A stretch of DNA of 64,000 bases from a virus. Under the pieces are notes generated by a model that saw only the letters and a list, made by a program, of their open reading frames with translations, did no database searches and was not told the DNA's origin. The DNA lies in the IMG/VR virus record IMGVR_UViG_3300033233_000014, positions 32,001-96,000 of that record, one strand, 5' to 3'. Shown here piece after piece: positions 1 to 9,482 of this stretch (position 1 is the stretch's first letter; each line of letters opens with the position of its first letter). Position numbers and translations under genes: made by a program.

Positions 1-1088
1 GCCGGGAGCGCGTGCTTGTGGTCGCTCCGCGCCAAGGTGGCCGCCGCGCCTTCTGCCGCCGCGTCCCCAACCGCGATCGTGCCTGCCGCCGCGGTCGAAA
101 CGTCGTGCTTGTGGTCCGCCCGGGAGAACGAAGTCGACGCGCCCTCCGCGTTCGCCGCCTTGGTCACGTCCACCGGCACGTCGGCCGCAATGGCGTGCTT
201 GTGATCCGCCCGAGAGAACGCGGTAGACACGCCCTCAAGCGCCGTGTCGTCCGGAAGAATCGCGCCCGGCACATCCGCCGCGATGGCATGCTTGTGATCG
301 GAGCGGGCCAGCGTCGCCGCCGATCCCGCCGCCGCCGCATCGTCGGGCAGGATCGTCCCGGCCGCGGCCGTCGGGATCGAGTGCTTGTGGTCCGCCCGCG
401 GCACCATGTCCGACACGCCGGGGGCCTCCGCCCCCGCGTCGGCGTCCGCCAGTTCGGCCACGCCCCCGTAGTCGAGGTCGAGGTGCGCCTGGTTCGCGCC
501 TCCCGCCGAGGCGATGATACCCTTCCTGGCGTTGAGGAACGTCGTCGCTCCCTGGACGCTTGCGCCATCCTCCTGAGTAGCGAAACTGGCGGCGACAATC
601 GCCCCGGGCACGTCGATATTGGTTCGGTCGTTGCCGGGATCGTCCGTTGCCACGACGCCGACCCCAGTGAAGTTGATCCGCTTCCGCAGCGGCAGGGACA
701 CGCCCTCATCCTGCGGCTCGATCTTCTGCGCGTCGGCGAGCAAGCCGGACAGCCCCTCCACGTTGATCTCGTCAGCGCCGCCATCCTCGTGGGATCCGGC
801 GTGGGACAGCGGCACCGACGACGGATTCACCTTGAACCAGCGGCCTGGTCCTCCGTCATCCGGCGCGAGGATCAGGTCGCCGTCGTCTGCCCCAACGCCC
901 TGCGCGTCGAAGCGGTAAGTGGCGCCCACGTCCTCGACGAGCCTCCCCTGCTTGTCGGCCCGCGCCGAGGCGGGGACGGCCCGGAGATCCGCGATCGTCT
1001 GGAGCGCCGGGCCGTAGGAGAGCGTCGTCTCGGTGGCTGCCGCCGCCTCAAGCCCCGCCACGGTGACGAAGGCATTCTGGACAGCCAT
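1..1088 (-). CDS. Tail fibre/tailspike-like protein (runs off the left edge)
   Basis: ATG at 1088 gives MAVQNAF...TIADLRAVP...ADDGDLILAP...GRWFKV, resembling tailspike N-terminal domains; five ~30-aa repeats with R[AS]DHKH at 13-395; absent from the ORF track because no stop lies in the window. Confidence 0.6.
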   Translation of the reverse strand, partial: MAVQNAFVTVAGLEAAAATETTLSYGPALQTIADLRAVPASARADKQGRLVEDVGATYRFDAQGVGADDGDLILAPDDGGPGRWFKVNPSSVPLSHAGSHEDGGADEINVEGLSGLLADAQKIEPQDEGVSLPLRKRINFTGVGVVATDDPGNDRTNIDVPGAIVAASFATQEDGASVQGATTFLNARKGIIASAGGANQAHLDLDYGGVAELADADAGAEAPGVSDMVPRADHKHSIPTAAAGTILPDDAAAAGSAATLARSDHKHAIAADVPGAILPDDTALEGVSTAFSRADHKHAIAADVPVDVTKAANAEGASTSFSRADHKHDVSTAAAGTIAVGDAAAEGAAATLARSDHKHALP

Positions 1089-1091
1089 GCG

Positions 1092-1457
1092 CTACCCGAC
1101 CTGGTCCCGGCGCTCCTCCCAGACGAGGCTGAGCGAGTGCTTCTCAACACCCGCCGGAGCGGCTCCCGCGGACACCACCCGGATGCCCTCGTCGTTGCCC
1201 ATCGCGATGGCAAGGTCGAAGAAGGCGTCCGCCTGCGCCGGATTCAGGGTGACCGTCGCGATGACCGACTCGACGTCGCTGAACCGCTTCGTGATCGAGA
1301 GCGTCATCGCCCCCGCGAAGTCCCGGTGATAGGTGAAGTTGCGGAACCGCCAGGGGACGTAGGGATGCCGGACCTCGAGGTCGATCTCCGGTGCTGGCGA
1401 CGCGCCGGTGCGGCATTGGAAGGCCGGATTCGCGTGCCTGACCAGTTCCGTCGCCAT
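1092..1457 (-). CDS. Hypothetical protein
   Basis: 121-aa ORF with SD (GGAGG), tightly packed with neighbours. Confidence 0.7.
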   Translation of the reverse strand: MATELVRHANPAFQCRTGASPAPEIDLEVRHPYVPWRFRNFTYHRDFAGAMTLSITKRFSDVESVIATVTLNPAQADAFFDLAIAMGNDEGIRVVSAGAAPAGVEKHSLSLVWEERRDQVG

Positions 1458-1541
1458 GCGTTCTGCCCTCCACGCCAGCGGGACGGCGGGCGGCCCGGCA
1501 CGTCGCCTGGCCGTCCGGCCGCTCCGTTGTCGTCCGTCGCG

Positions 1542-1784
1542 CTAGACGCTCGCCCGAGAGTCGAGCAGCTCGAGCTTCGGCGTGAGCGCCGCCGCCGCCG
1601 TCTGGAACGCCGCGAAGTTGGCCGCCGCCGCGATGGCAGCGAACAACTCCTGGCGCTCCTCGATGAGCGCCACGACGATGTCGCGCACGTCCCAGATGTC
1701 CGAGCCGCCTCGGCTGAACTCGGGCCGGATCTTGATGGTCTGCCCGTCGCCGATCTGCTTGGGATCTCCGCCACCTGCAGGCAT
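1542..1784 (-). CDS. Hypothetical protein
   Basis: 80-aa ORF preceded by AAGGAGG. Confidence 0.7.
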   Translation of the reverse strand: MPAGGGDPKQIGDGQTIKIRPEFSRGGSDIWDVRDIVVALIEERQELFAAIAAAANFAAFQTAAAALTPKLELLDSRASV

Positions 1785-1794
1785 GGGTGCCTCC

Positions 1795-2379
1795 TTATGC
1801 CATCTCGGACCAGAAGTAGGTGCCCTGCACGTCCGCCAAGGCGCGCAGGAACGCTACTCCATCCCGAGGCCGCAGCATCATACCACTACCGGCTCCGGCA
1901 ATACCATCCTCCAGAATCGCGCGGACGATCTGCGTCTCGGCGCCCGTCCGCACCACCACCCGCTCGCCGTCGAGCGCGAAACTCGCGAACGCCCGGGGCT
2001 TCCCCTCGGCGTCGAGCCCCATGAGCCGGATCCCGGGGTGGTCGGGGAAGCCCCCGGCCCCCCATTGGGTGCGGCGGTGCTCCAACTCGGCGACCACCTC
2101 GGGCCAGTTCCCGCGGAACTGGATCGCCCGGTCGTCGACCGTCGCGTGGAAGTGAATCTTGCGGACCTTCTGATGCGCGTCGCTCTCGGGGTTCTCGTTG
2201 ATGTAGTCGAAGGGCACGCCGTGGCGCTGCAGCACCTGCCGCACCCGCTTGAGGTCGTGGTTGCCCGTCCAGATGATCACCCGCCAGCCGTTCTGCTGGA
2301 GATGCGCAAGCGCCGCCTTGGCGCCGGGCAGGACTTCCTCGTCCTCATCGATGAGGGTGAGGTCGTAGTCCACCGCCAC
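1795..2379 (-). CDS. HAD-superfamily hydrolase/phosphatase
   Basis: AVDYDLTL (motif I DxD), IIWTG (motif II), RK...VDDRA (motifs III/IV); GTG start at 2379 is inferred. Confidence 0.75.
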   Translation of the reverse strand: MAVDYDLTLIDEDEEVLPGAKAALAHLQQNGWRVIIWTGNHDLKRVRQVLQRHGVPFDYINENPESDAHQKVRKIHFHATVDDRAIQFRGNWPEVVAELEHRRTQWGAGGFPDHPGIRLMGLDAEGKPRAFASFALDGERVVVRTGAETQIVRAILEDGIAGAGSGMMLRPRDGVAFLRALADVQGTYFWSEMA

Positions 2380-2405
2380 GGTCGGCGGTTCGTCCCGCTG
2401 GACGG

Positions 2406-3311
2406 TTACCAGAGAGTGCCGAGTCGTCTCCACGCCTGGGTCCGTTGCAACTCGAGCAGCCTCTGCGTCACGCCCCCCGCCTCGTCGTGCTGGAAGTCGG
2501 CAGTCGCGAGCACCCGCCGGATCGTGTCGGGCGCGACCGCCTGGATCTCGGCCCGCACCTGCGGGTGGATCATCTGCCCCTTGAGGTGCTTTCCGACGCT
2601 CGAGCGCATCCAGCGGCGGTCGTCCCCCTGGGGGAAGGTGTAGCCGTTGTCGATCGCGTAGACACGCCGCCCCTCGTCCATGATGAAGTTGTTCGCGTGC
2701 CGGTCGATCTGGCCGGTGATGAAGTCGAACGCGGCGAGCCGGTGCAGCCACAGGTTCCCCGTGTCCGTCCGGTAGTCGTAGCCGCGGTTGAGCCACTCCC
2801 AGGCCGTCGGTGCGTTCACCCACGCCTGCACGCTCCCCGTCCCGACGCCCTCGATCTCCCGCAGGATGGTCGGCGGCACCAGCCCGAAGCCGCAGGCGCG
2901 GTCGATCTGGTAGGCCAGCACCTCGCGCTCGGCGCCCGTCACCCGGGGATCCATGCTCTCGCGGAAGCGCCGGTTCTCGCGGTGCAGCACCGTGGTCTTC
3001 AGGACCGCCTGGCGTGTCGTGACCAGCCCCGCGTCGATCCCTGAGCGGAAGACGAGGCGGTAGGGGCGGTGGAGGCCCTGCGGCTTCCATTCCCCCTTGG
3101 CGATGTGCCCGATCGGCGAGATCTCGATCTCTTCGGCATCCCGGAGCGCGAGGCAGAGGATCTCGTCTGATGGCGCGGGGCGCTGCCCCGACGGAATCGA
3201 TCCCTGCAGGTTCTTGAGGAACCCGATCCCCAACGCGGTCCCGGGCTCCGGCTCGCCGGCCAGCGGGCGGAGGAGAAACGCCCGCAGCCGGCTCGCTTCC
3301 GGCGTCCGCAT
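2406..3311 (-). CDS. PI3/PI4-kinase-like (HipA/CotH-like) kinase
   Basis: EREVLAYQID, LVPPT, GSVQAWV, FDFITGQIDRHANN (catalytic loop), AIDNGYTFP. Confidence 0.8.
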   Translation of the reverse strand: MRTPEASRLRAFLLRPLAGEPEPGTALGIGFLKNLQGSIPSGQRPAPSDEILCLALRDAEEIEISPIGHIAKGEWKPQGLHRPYRLVFRSGIDAGLVTTRQAVLKTTVLHRENRRFRESMDPRVTGAEREVLAYQIDRACGFGLVPPTILREIEGVGTGSVQAWVNAPTAWEWLNRGYDYRTDTGNLWLHRLAAFDFITGQIDRHANNFIMDEGRRVYAIDNGYTFPQGDDRRWMRSSVGKHLKGQMIHPQVRAEIQAVAPDTIRRVLATADFQHDEAGGVTQRLLELQRTQAWRRLGTLW

Positions 3312-3318
3312 GCGCCGC

Positions 3319-3702
3319 CTAGTCCGGGTCGCCGACGCAGAGGAACTGGATGCGCTGGCCGATGGAGCCGTTCGTCTCCACCTCGAGGTCCAGCACGCCC
3401 GACGGTCCCGGCGTGTTCGGCGTGATCGCGGCGAGCAGCATCTTGTACGCCTTCGCCGTGAAGGTCGCCACGCCGTCGAACTTCAGCTTCGCTCCGTCCC
3501 CGCCCGCGTTGAGCATGAACCACAGCGGGTTGGCGATGCTGGCGACAAGCGGCGCGAAGTCGATGGACACCGGGCCGCCGGCCCCGAACGTGTCATCGAG
3601 CAGCGCCTTGGCGTTCGCGCCAACGCCGGTGACGGTACGCGCGAGGGTCACGCCATCGCTGGTCGTGAGTCCCGCGTTCGCGTTGAAGGTGAAGTTCGCC
3701 AT
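3319..3702 (-). CDS. Hypothetical protein, likely virion structural
   Basis: 127-aa beta-rich ORF with SD GAGGAGGAG. Confidence 0.7.
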   Translation of the reverse strand: MANFTFNANAGLTTSDGVTLARTVTGVGANAKALLDDTFGAGGPVSIDFAPLVASIANPLWFMLNAGGDGAKLKFDGVATFTAKAYKMLLAAITPNTPGPSGVLDLEVETNGSIGQRIQFLCVGDPD

Positions 3703-3718
3703 CTGCGCTCCTCCTCAG

Positions 3719-4348
3719 TTACCCCTGTAGGGGCTCGAAAACGTGGGTGTGCCCGTCCGCTTCGTCCGTCAGTCCCATGACGGAAACGGCGTGGGCGTGT
3801 CCATTCACGAAGTCCGTCTTGCCTCGCACCACGCGCTGGTCGCGGTTCATGATGACCGTGATCCGGTGCTTGTGCGACGGCGCATGCAAGCCCGCCTCCT
3901 GGCTCGAGGTGGCCTGCACCTTCTTCTCGCCCGCCTCGCTCCGCGGCTGCCAATGCCGCGGATCCTCGACGTCACCCACCACCGTCGGCGCCGGGCTGGC
4001 GGCCAGCATGACGTTCGTCGCCGGCTGCACGATCGGCTCGCCGGAGTTCTGGAACGCCTTCACGACGAACTTCTCGCAGGAGCCGGTGGCCGTCATCGCC
4101 AACTTCCACTCCCGGCACACCCCGATCGGCAGTCCGTCGGCGTCCTTCTCGAGCCGCGCGTCGAAGCTGCTGCAGTTGCCGCACGCCTTGGCGATCCCCG
4201 CCGGCCGCCCATTCGCCACCGGCCGCTTGAGATACGCCACGTCGCCCTGGATCGTGACGAGATCCCACCCATCCTCCCCGAGCCCCTTGAGGCGATCGGT
4301 AAGAGGAGTGGTCCCCCGGCTCTCGATGGTGGTGTACTCGAGCTTCAT
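3719..4348 (-). CDS. Hypothetical protein with Cys cluster and HxH repeats
   Basis: CGNCSSF...C...C and HKH/GHAH/GHTH motifs. Confidence 0.7.
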   Translation of the reverse strand: MKLEYTTIESRGTTPLTDRLKGLGEDGWDLVTIQGDVAYLKRPVANGRPAGIAKACGNCSSFDARLEKDADGLPIGVCREWKLAMTATGSCEKFVVKAFQNSGEPIVQPATNVMLAASPAPTVVGDVEDPRHWQPRSEAGEKKVQATSSQEAGLHAPSHKHRITVIMNRDQRVVRGKTDFVNGHAHAVSVMGLTDEADGHTHVFEPLQG

Positions 4349-4357
4349 CGGTTCCGG

Positions 4358-5128
4358 TTAGTAGACCGGCGCGGCCGGCGGCGGGTTGCCAGTGCCGTAC
4401 TGCTTGGACTCGGTCCGCAGCGGCGCCGACGTCGGATCCTTCGGGTGCGCCCAGGCCCCGAACTGCCCGGGGGCGAGCCCGACCTGCCCGCCCATGCGGG
4501 CGAGCGACGAGCGGATCGCCGGCCCGTGCGTGGCGAGGCCCGTCTGCGCCGCGACGATCTTCGGCTTCATCTCCACGTTGCCCTGGCGCGCGAAGGAACC
4601 CAACTCGTCAGCCTCCGCGGGCGGCACGCCCTGCGAACCCGCGCCCGGGATGCCCTGGCTCGGGACGCTCGGCTGCTTGGCGGGCTCCACGACCTTGTCG
4701 ATCACCATGTCGCCGCCGCGGGCCCGCGCCACCGCCGGCGAGAGGCTCTTCTCGGGCGTCGAATCCGGCGTCGAGTCCGGCGTCGAGTCCGGCGTCGTGC
4801 CGTCCTTCTTCCCGCCGAAGAGCACGGGGCCGCCCGGCGTTCCGGCCGGCGGCGCCGCTCCGGGGAAGGGCTTCCCCTTCGCCTTCTCGACGTTGCCGGC
4901 GCGGGCGTGCTCTGCGAGCCCCGCCTTCGTCATCGGCGTCGTGCCCGGCGTCGTGCCCGGCGACGAGCCCTCGGGCGTCGTGCCCGGCGACGAGCCCGGC
5001 GTCGTCTCGTCTGGCGTCGTGCCCGGCGTGGTGCCGTGCCGCGCCTTCTCGACGCTGCCCTCGCGAGCCTTCTCCCCCTTGGAGACGTGCCCGCCCTGAC
5101 CACCCCGCGCGTATCCGGCGAGACCCAT
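4358..5128 (-). CDS. Low-complexity Pro/Thr/Gly-rich protein
   Basis: GTTP and STPD tandem repeats; SD GAGGGAGG. Confidence 0.7.
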   Translation of the reverse strand: MGLAGYARGGQGGHVSKGEKAREGSVEKARHGTTPGTTPDETTPGSSPGTTPEGSSPGTTPGTTPMTKAGLAEHARAGNVEKAKGKPFPGAAPPAGTPGGPVLFGGKKDGTTPDSTPDSTPDSTPEKSLSPAVARARGGDMVIDKVVEPAKQPSVPSQGIPGAGSQGVPPAEADELGSFARQGNVEMKPKIVAAQTGLATHGPAIRSSLARMGGQVGLAPGQFGAWAHPKDPTSAPLRTESKQYGTGNPPPAAPVY

Positions 5129-5157
5129 GCGCTACCTCCCTCTCTGGTTGGCGTCCA

Positions 5158-6015
5158 TCATACTTCCCCGGTCGGCAAAGCCAAGGGCTCGAGTCGGAGA
5201 ACCATCGTGGTGTCCCGAGCCGAGATCGGCATCCGCCCGTGGTCCTTGCTCTTCTCCGCTTCGTTCTCCGGCTCGAGTTCCATGCCCCAGAGACGCTCTT
5301 CCCGAACCGTCTCGAGGCCGTCGAGCGACATCGGCCCCAGGCCGGGCGGGAATGCTTCCTTCGTCACGACGGCCAGGCCCATGAAGATCTTCTTCACCCG
5401 CGCCGGCCCCGGCACGAAGGGCAGATCGAACTTCGCCCCGTGGAGGCCGGTGTCGAACCATTGGAGCGGGATCACCCGGTCCCCGACCCGCAGCGTCGGC
5501 GGCCCCGGCTTCTCTGGGCTGTCCTGTGTCGGCCGGTCAAGGACGCCGCCCGTCTCCTTCTGGAACGTGCCCACCAGCAACGCGGCCGGCGGCACCTCGA
5601 GGATGCCGCGCTCGAACATCAACCGGCCGGTGTACTGCGTCACCGGCACGGCGCCGTTGGAGAGCGCGCTCTCCAGCATCTCGCGCGCTCGATCCGTCAT
5701 CGGCAACTTGTCGAAGCCGCTCTGCTGGAGCGCCTTCTCGACCACGGACAGCCCCGCCGCATCCGCGTGCTCCGCGGACTTCTCGACGGCGACGGGGCTA
5801 GGCCGAGGGTTTGCGGACCCCCGGCGTCGCTGGATCTCGGTCCAGCACTTCTCGACCATCGCCTCGGCCTGTTCCTGCTCGCTCGGCCGCTGGATCTTCG
5901 GGAAGAGTTCCGCCGGCCGGTGGATGCCGTCCAGCGTCGTGCGCAGCGACTTGTGGATCAGGGCGGACCGCTCAGAGAGCGAGCCGCTGGAATAGACATC
6001 GCGTCCCTTGTTCAT
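5158..6015 (-). CDS. Hypothetical protein (possible head protein)
   Basis: ATG at 6015 (MNKG) overlapping the upstream stop; repeated xEK[AS] motifs. Confidence 0.65.
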   Translation of the reverse strand: MNKGRDVYSSGSLSERSALIHKSLRTTLDGIHRPAELFPKIQRPSEQEQAEAMVEKCWTEIQRRRGSANPRPSPVAVEKSAEHADAAGLSVVEKALQQSGFDKLPMTDRAREMLESALSNGAVPVTQYTGRLMFERGILEVPPAALLVGTFQKETGGVLDRPTQDSPEKPGPPTLRVGDRVIPLQWFDTGLHGAKFDLPFVPGPARVKKIFMGLAVVTKEAFPPGLGPMSLDGLETVREERLWGMELEPENEAEKSKDHGRMPISARDTTMVLRLEPLALPTGEV

Positions 6016-7250
6016 GCGGGCTGCGCCTCCTTTGCCTTGGCGAAGGCCGCGGCACCGTTCGCCTCGAACCACTCGAGCACGGCGTCGACGTCCTTTTCCT
6101 CGAATCCCAGATCCGCCATTTCCTCCCCGTCGGCCGCGTCCAGCGCCTTGATCTTGCCGGCCTTCCGCCCGATGAAGGCGCAGAGCGCCTCGGGATCCTT
6201 GACCCCACCCTTCTTCCGCATGGCCGCGACGCAGCCCTCGAAGCCCCCGACGAACTCGCCGGACGGCTGCACGCGACCAAGCCCCTTCGGCTTGGCCTTG
6301 GCGAGCACCGCCGGGGCAGCGGCCCCTTCCGCCCGCGTCTGCGCGAACATGGCCGAGATCTTCTCCCGGACCGCCGCACAGCTCTCCTCCACCGTCCGGG
6401 CGCAGACCGGCTGCTCCTTCAGCGACACCATGATCGTGCCCGGGGTCCAGAGGATGCGGTGCGAGTGGGCGTGCCCGCCGACCGGCGCCTGGTCCGGCGC
6501 CGTCCGGGCGTCGAGCGCGCCGTCTGTGCTGAGCGCCGCCTCGATCATGTGCGCGTGGCCGTCGTTGAAGGACGAGAAGCCCTTCACCCGGAAGCCGTTC
6601 GCGTCGGGGTACGGCGAGAGGTGGAACTCGTGCCGGTGCCCATCCTGCATCTCCGTGGTCCCGTGGAGCACCGACGGCATGTCGCCGATCCCCCGGACGG
6701 GCATGCCCTGGGACGGGTGCAGCGTCCCGCCGCTCATCATCCCGACGGTCGAGATGCCCGGCGAGTGCATGGACGCCTGTCCCCCCTGGGCCGGCATCCC
6801 GTCCTTCTCCGCGAGCCCGACCTCGCCAACCACGCCCGGCGCGACCCAGATCGCCCGCACCGTCACCGGCTGCAGGCGCTCGATCGGGACGTAGTGCGCG
6901 TGCTGGTCGAACACCTGCGCCTGGCCCGCCACGTCGCGGTCCTCGAGCCAGCGCTCGACCAGCGACAGATCAGGGAAGCGTGTGGCCTGGAAGTAGAGGC
7001 CGCCGAGCACCAGATTCGGCGCGGCCCGCTCGATCCGGCACTCGTTCAGGGCGCCGGTGAAGGTCTGCTCCCCCTCCATCTCCCCGGCCCGGATGGTCTT
7101 CATGGCGGAGTTGCAGTACGAGCACGTATGCCGCTGCCCGATGTACTGGGGCCGCCACTTGATGATCGTGCCGACGCAGCAGCCCAGCATCTTGCCGATG
7201 ACCTCGATGCCGAGGCGGCCTTCCCATTGCGACTTCGTGGCGACAGCCAT
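6012..7250 (-). CDS. Hypothetical protein (possible head protein)
   Basis: 412-aa ORF with SD; GHxH repeats; C-terminal FEGCV...DPEALCAFIGRK module. Confidence 0.7.
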   Translation of the reverse strand: MAVATKSQWEGRLGIEVIGKMLGCCVGTIIKWRPQYIGQRHTCSYCNSAMKTIRAGEMEGEQTFTGALNECRIERAAPNLVLGGLYFQATRFPDLSLVERWLEDRDVAGQAQVFDQHAHYVPIERLQPVTVRAIWVAPGVVGEVGLAEKDGMPAQGGQASMHSPGISTVGMMSGGTLHPSQGMPVRGIGDMPSVLHGTTEMQDGHRHEFHLSPYPDANGFRVKGFSSFNDGHAHMIEAALSTDGALDARTAPDQAPVGGHAHSHRILWTPGTIMVSLKEQPVCARTVEESCAAVREKISAMFAQTRAEGAAAPAVLAKAKPKGLGRVQPSGEFVGGFEGCVAAMRKKGGVKDPEALCAFIGRKAGKIKALDAADGEEMADLGFEEKDVDAVLEWFEANGAAAFAKAKEAQPA

Positions 7251-7277
7251 GTGTGCTCCTTCTCCTTGATCCTCTGC

Positions 7278-8225
7278 CTAGAACGCGCTCGCGTCGATCA
7301 CGCCGGTGGCATCGAAGCACCCGACCAGGCGCACCGGCACCGGCGCGAGAATCTGTCCGGCCGCCACCAACGTCTCGTTGAACCGGCAGTTCGTGATGAT
7401 GCCCTTGTTGGCCCCGCCCGCGGACAAGTCGACGTACACCCCCGCGCCATCCGTGAGGAAGTCGCAGTCCTCGACCACGCAGTTGAGGAAGGTCGTGTCG
7501 TTCGACCCGGCGGTGTCCGTGTCCCTGATGTCGACGCCGTTGTCGTAGAACCGGCACCCCCGCACCTCGACGTCCGTCGGGCCCACGCCGCCCTCGACGC
7601 CCAGCCCCGGGTTCACGAAGCGCAGCCCGACGCTCGTCGCGCCCCGGAAGAGGCAACCGAAGATCTGCCCTTCGGACGCCGTGAACGAGTCGTCGTCCTT
7701 GTCCGGACGCAACTCGAGGCCATCGGTCCCGTTCCCGTCGAACACGCAGTCCGCGTAGAGGAAGCCGTTACCCTGCTGCCGCACCGCCACGAACGCGCCC
7801 GGCGACGCGAACCGGATGTGCCGGCAGACGAAGCCCTGCGCGTGGACGGCGAGCGGGATGCCCGCGGCCCCCACCACGTCCGGCCGGTCGTAGCCGCCGG
7901 GGCAGAACCCGATGAGCGAGATTCCGTCCTTCGTGACGACGACATTCTCGGCGTAGGTGCCTGGCGCGCAGTAGATGGTGTCGCAGCGGCCGGAGACGGC
8001 GATGGCGAGCGCCCGGGTGATGGTCTTGACGGCGGTGTCCCAGGACTGCCCCGTGCTCAGGTCGTTTCCTGTGGCGGGATCGACGAAGATCGCCTGCCCC
8101 CGGAAGGTGTTGTCCCAGACGCGCTGGAAGCCGGCCGCGATCTGATCGCGCTCCAGCTCGAGTTCGTCGATGAAGTTTCCGACGACTGCCTTGTTGCCCC
8201 GAACATAGAAGCCTTGCGCGCCCAT
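7278..8225 (-). CDS. Right-handed parallel beta-helix (pectin lyase-like) protein
   Basis: FVDPATGND...WDTAVKTITRAL...DTIYCAPGTYAENVVV followed by repeated xxCxFxxN strands. Confidence 0.75.
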   Translation of the reverse strand: MGAQGFYVRGNKAVVGNFIDELELERDQIAAGFQRVWDNTFRGQAIFVDPATGNDLSTGQSWDTAVKTITRALAIAVSGRCDTIYCAPGTYAENVVVTKDGISLIGFCPGGYDRPDVVGAAGIPLAVHAQGFVCRHIRFASPGAFVAVRQQGNGFLYADCVFDGNGTDGLELRPDKDDDSFTASEGQIFGCLFRGATSVGLRFVNPGLGVEGGVGPTDVEVRGCRFYDNGVDIRDTDTAGSNDTTFLNCVVEDCDFLTDGAGVYVDLSAGGANKGIITNCRFNETLVAAGQILAPVPVRLVGCFDATGVIDASAF

Positions 8226-8228
8226 CGT

Positions 8229-9044
8229 CTACTCCTTCGTGGCCTCGGCCTCTGCGCCGATGTCGGCCTCTTCCCGGATCTCCTCGACGCCGATTCGGTC
8301 GAGGATCGCGTTGCCCGCATCCCGCGAGAGCAGCCCGATCTGGATGGCGTTGGCGACGATGTAGCCCTTGGCGCGCCGCGCCGTCTCGCCCCCCAACCCT
8401 TCCCGCACGGCATCGATGCTCTCGAACGCCTCCGAGATGAAGTCCGGGAGGGCCGTCTTGACCACCGCGTGCTCTTCGCCTGCCGGCACCAGCGCCGGCT
8501 CGGCCGGCGTGGGCTTCTCGATCTTGTCCCGCTTCTTCGCCAGGATCGTCGCCATGTCCCGGAGCGCCGCCGCGTTGGCGAGCCAGAACGCCTTCTGCTT
8601 CTCGCCCTCGGGCGACTGCGCCGCCCCCATCACCCGCACGCGCTCCATGTAGGTGTTGGCGACGCCCTCGGCCTTGCCGACGGCCTGGTTGAGGCTCTTC
8701 CACTCGTCCGGCTCGGTGCCCGTCTGCATCGCCTTCGGCGCGTAGTGGAGGAAGCCTTCCTTGAGGCCGGTCGCCCCCTGCTTCTCCGCCTGCCGGATCC
8801 GCACCCGGGACCGGCGCTCGTAGGTCTGCGCGCGGGCTTCCAACTCCTCGGCCGGCAGCGCCGCGTTGACGTTGAAGACCGCGTTCGCCTCTTCGGCGAA
8901 CCGTCCGAACTCGTCGCGCCAGGGATTGCCGGCCTTCTCGATCATCTCGACGGCGACTCCTGCCCCCGGCTGTGGATGCTTCTCGACCTGGCCGAGCGCA
9001 CCTACAAACCGGAGTCCGTAGCGGAGGCTATCCCGCGTGTGCAT
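8229..9044 (-). CDS. Hypothetical protein (possible head/ejected protein)
   Basis: ATG at 9044 after GGGAGG; contains EKAGNPWRDEFGRFA motif. Confidence 0.65.
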   Translation of the reverse strand: MHTRDSLRYGLRFVGALGQVEKHPQPGAGVAVEMIEKAGNPWRDEFGRFAEEANAVFNVNAALPAEELEARAQTYERRSRVRIRQAEKQGATGLKEGFLHYAPKAMQTGTEPDEWKSLNQAVGKAEGVANTYMERVRVMGAAQSPEGEKQKAFWLANAAALRDMATILAKKRDKIEKPTPAEPALVPAGEEHAVVKTALPDFISEAFESIDAVREGLGGETARRAKGYIVANAIQIGLLSRDAGNAILDRIGVEEIREEADIGAEAEATKE

Positions 9045-9129
9045 GCGGTCCTCCCGGCGAATCCAACTCGCCGGAGCCTCCAACGGTACGCTGGCGGCTC
9101 CGGCGCGTCAAGCAGATTGGCCCGTCCGA

Positions 9130-9435
9130 CTAGACCGGCGCCGGGGCGACGAGATCGGTGACGACGCCGGCGTTGTTGACCTCTTGGGCCCGGTAGCCCG
9201 TGGAGGGGCCGCCGGAGTCCTTCACGCCCTGCGCGAGCGCGTCCGCCGTGTTCTGCGAACTGTCGCCGTCGGCGACCGTCGCCTTCATGCCCCCGAGCGG
9301 CGAGCGCCACAGGCCGGTGACCGGCTTCGAGCCGACGGCGTCGAACACCTTCTTCGCCGCGCGCTCGAGGACACGGGCATCCGTCCCGAACTGCTGCCCG
9401 ATGGGCGGGAACGACACGAAGATCTGCTTCGACAT
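9130..9435 (-). CDS. Hypothetical protein
   Basis: 101-aa ORF with SD AGGAGG. Confidence 0.7.
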   Translation of the reverse strand: MSKQIFVSFPPIGQQFGTDARVLERAAKKVFDAVGSKPVTGLWRSPLGGMKATVADGDSSQNTADALAQGVKDSGGPSTGYRAQEVNNAGVVTDLVAPAPV

Positions 9436-9482
9436 GTGAGCCTCCTACGGGCCGGCGGCATGCCGCGCCCGCTGCCCGTCCA

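Noticed and set aside
1795-3090. 431-aa ORF as a single protein or a kinase-HAD frameshift fusion
   Set aside because: The N-terminal part overlaps the kinase in another frame and is low-complexity; no slippery site is visible, and a GTG start at 2379 explains the HAD domain.
4750-5040. Tandem DNA repeats (CGGCGTCGAGTC, CGGCGTCGTGCC) as a regulatory array
   Set aside because: They are in-frame coding repeats (STPD, GTTP) of the 4358-5128 protein.
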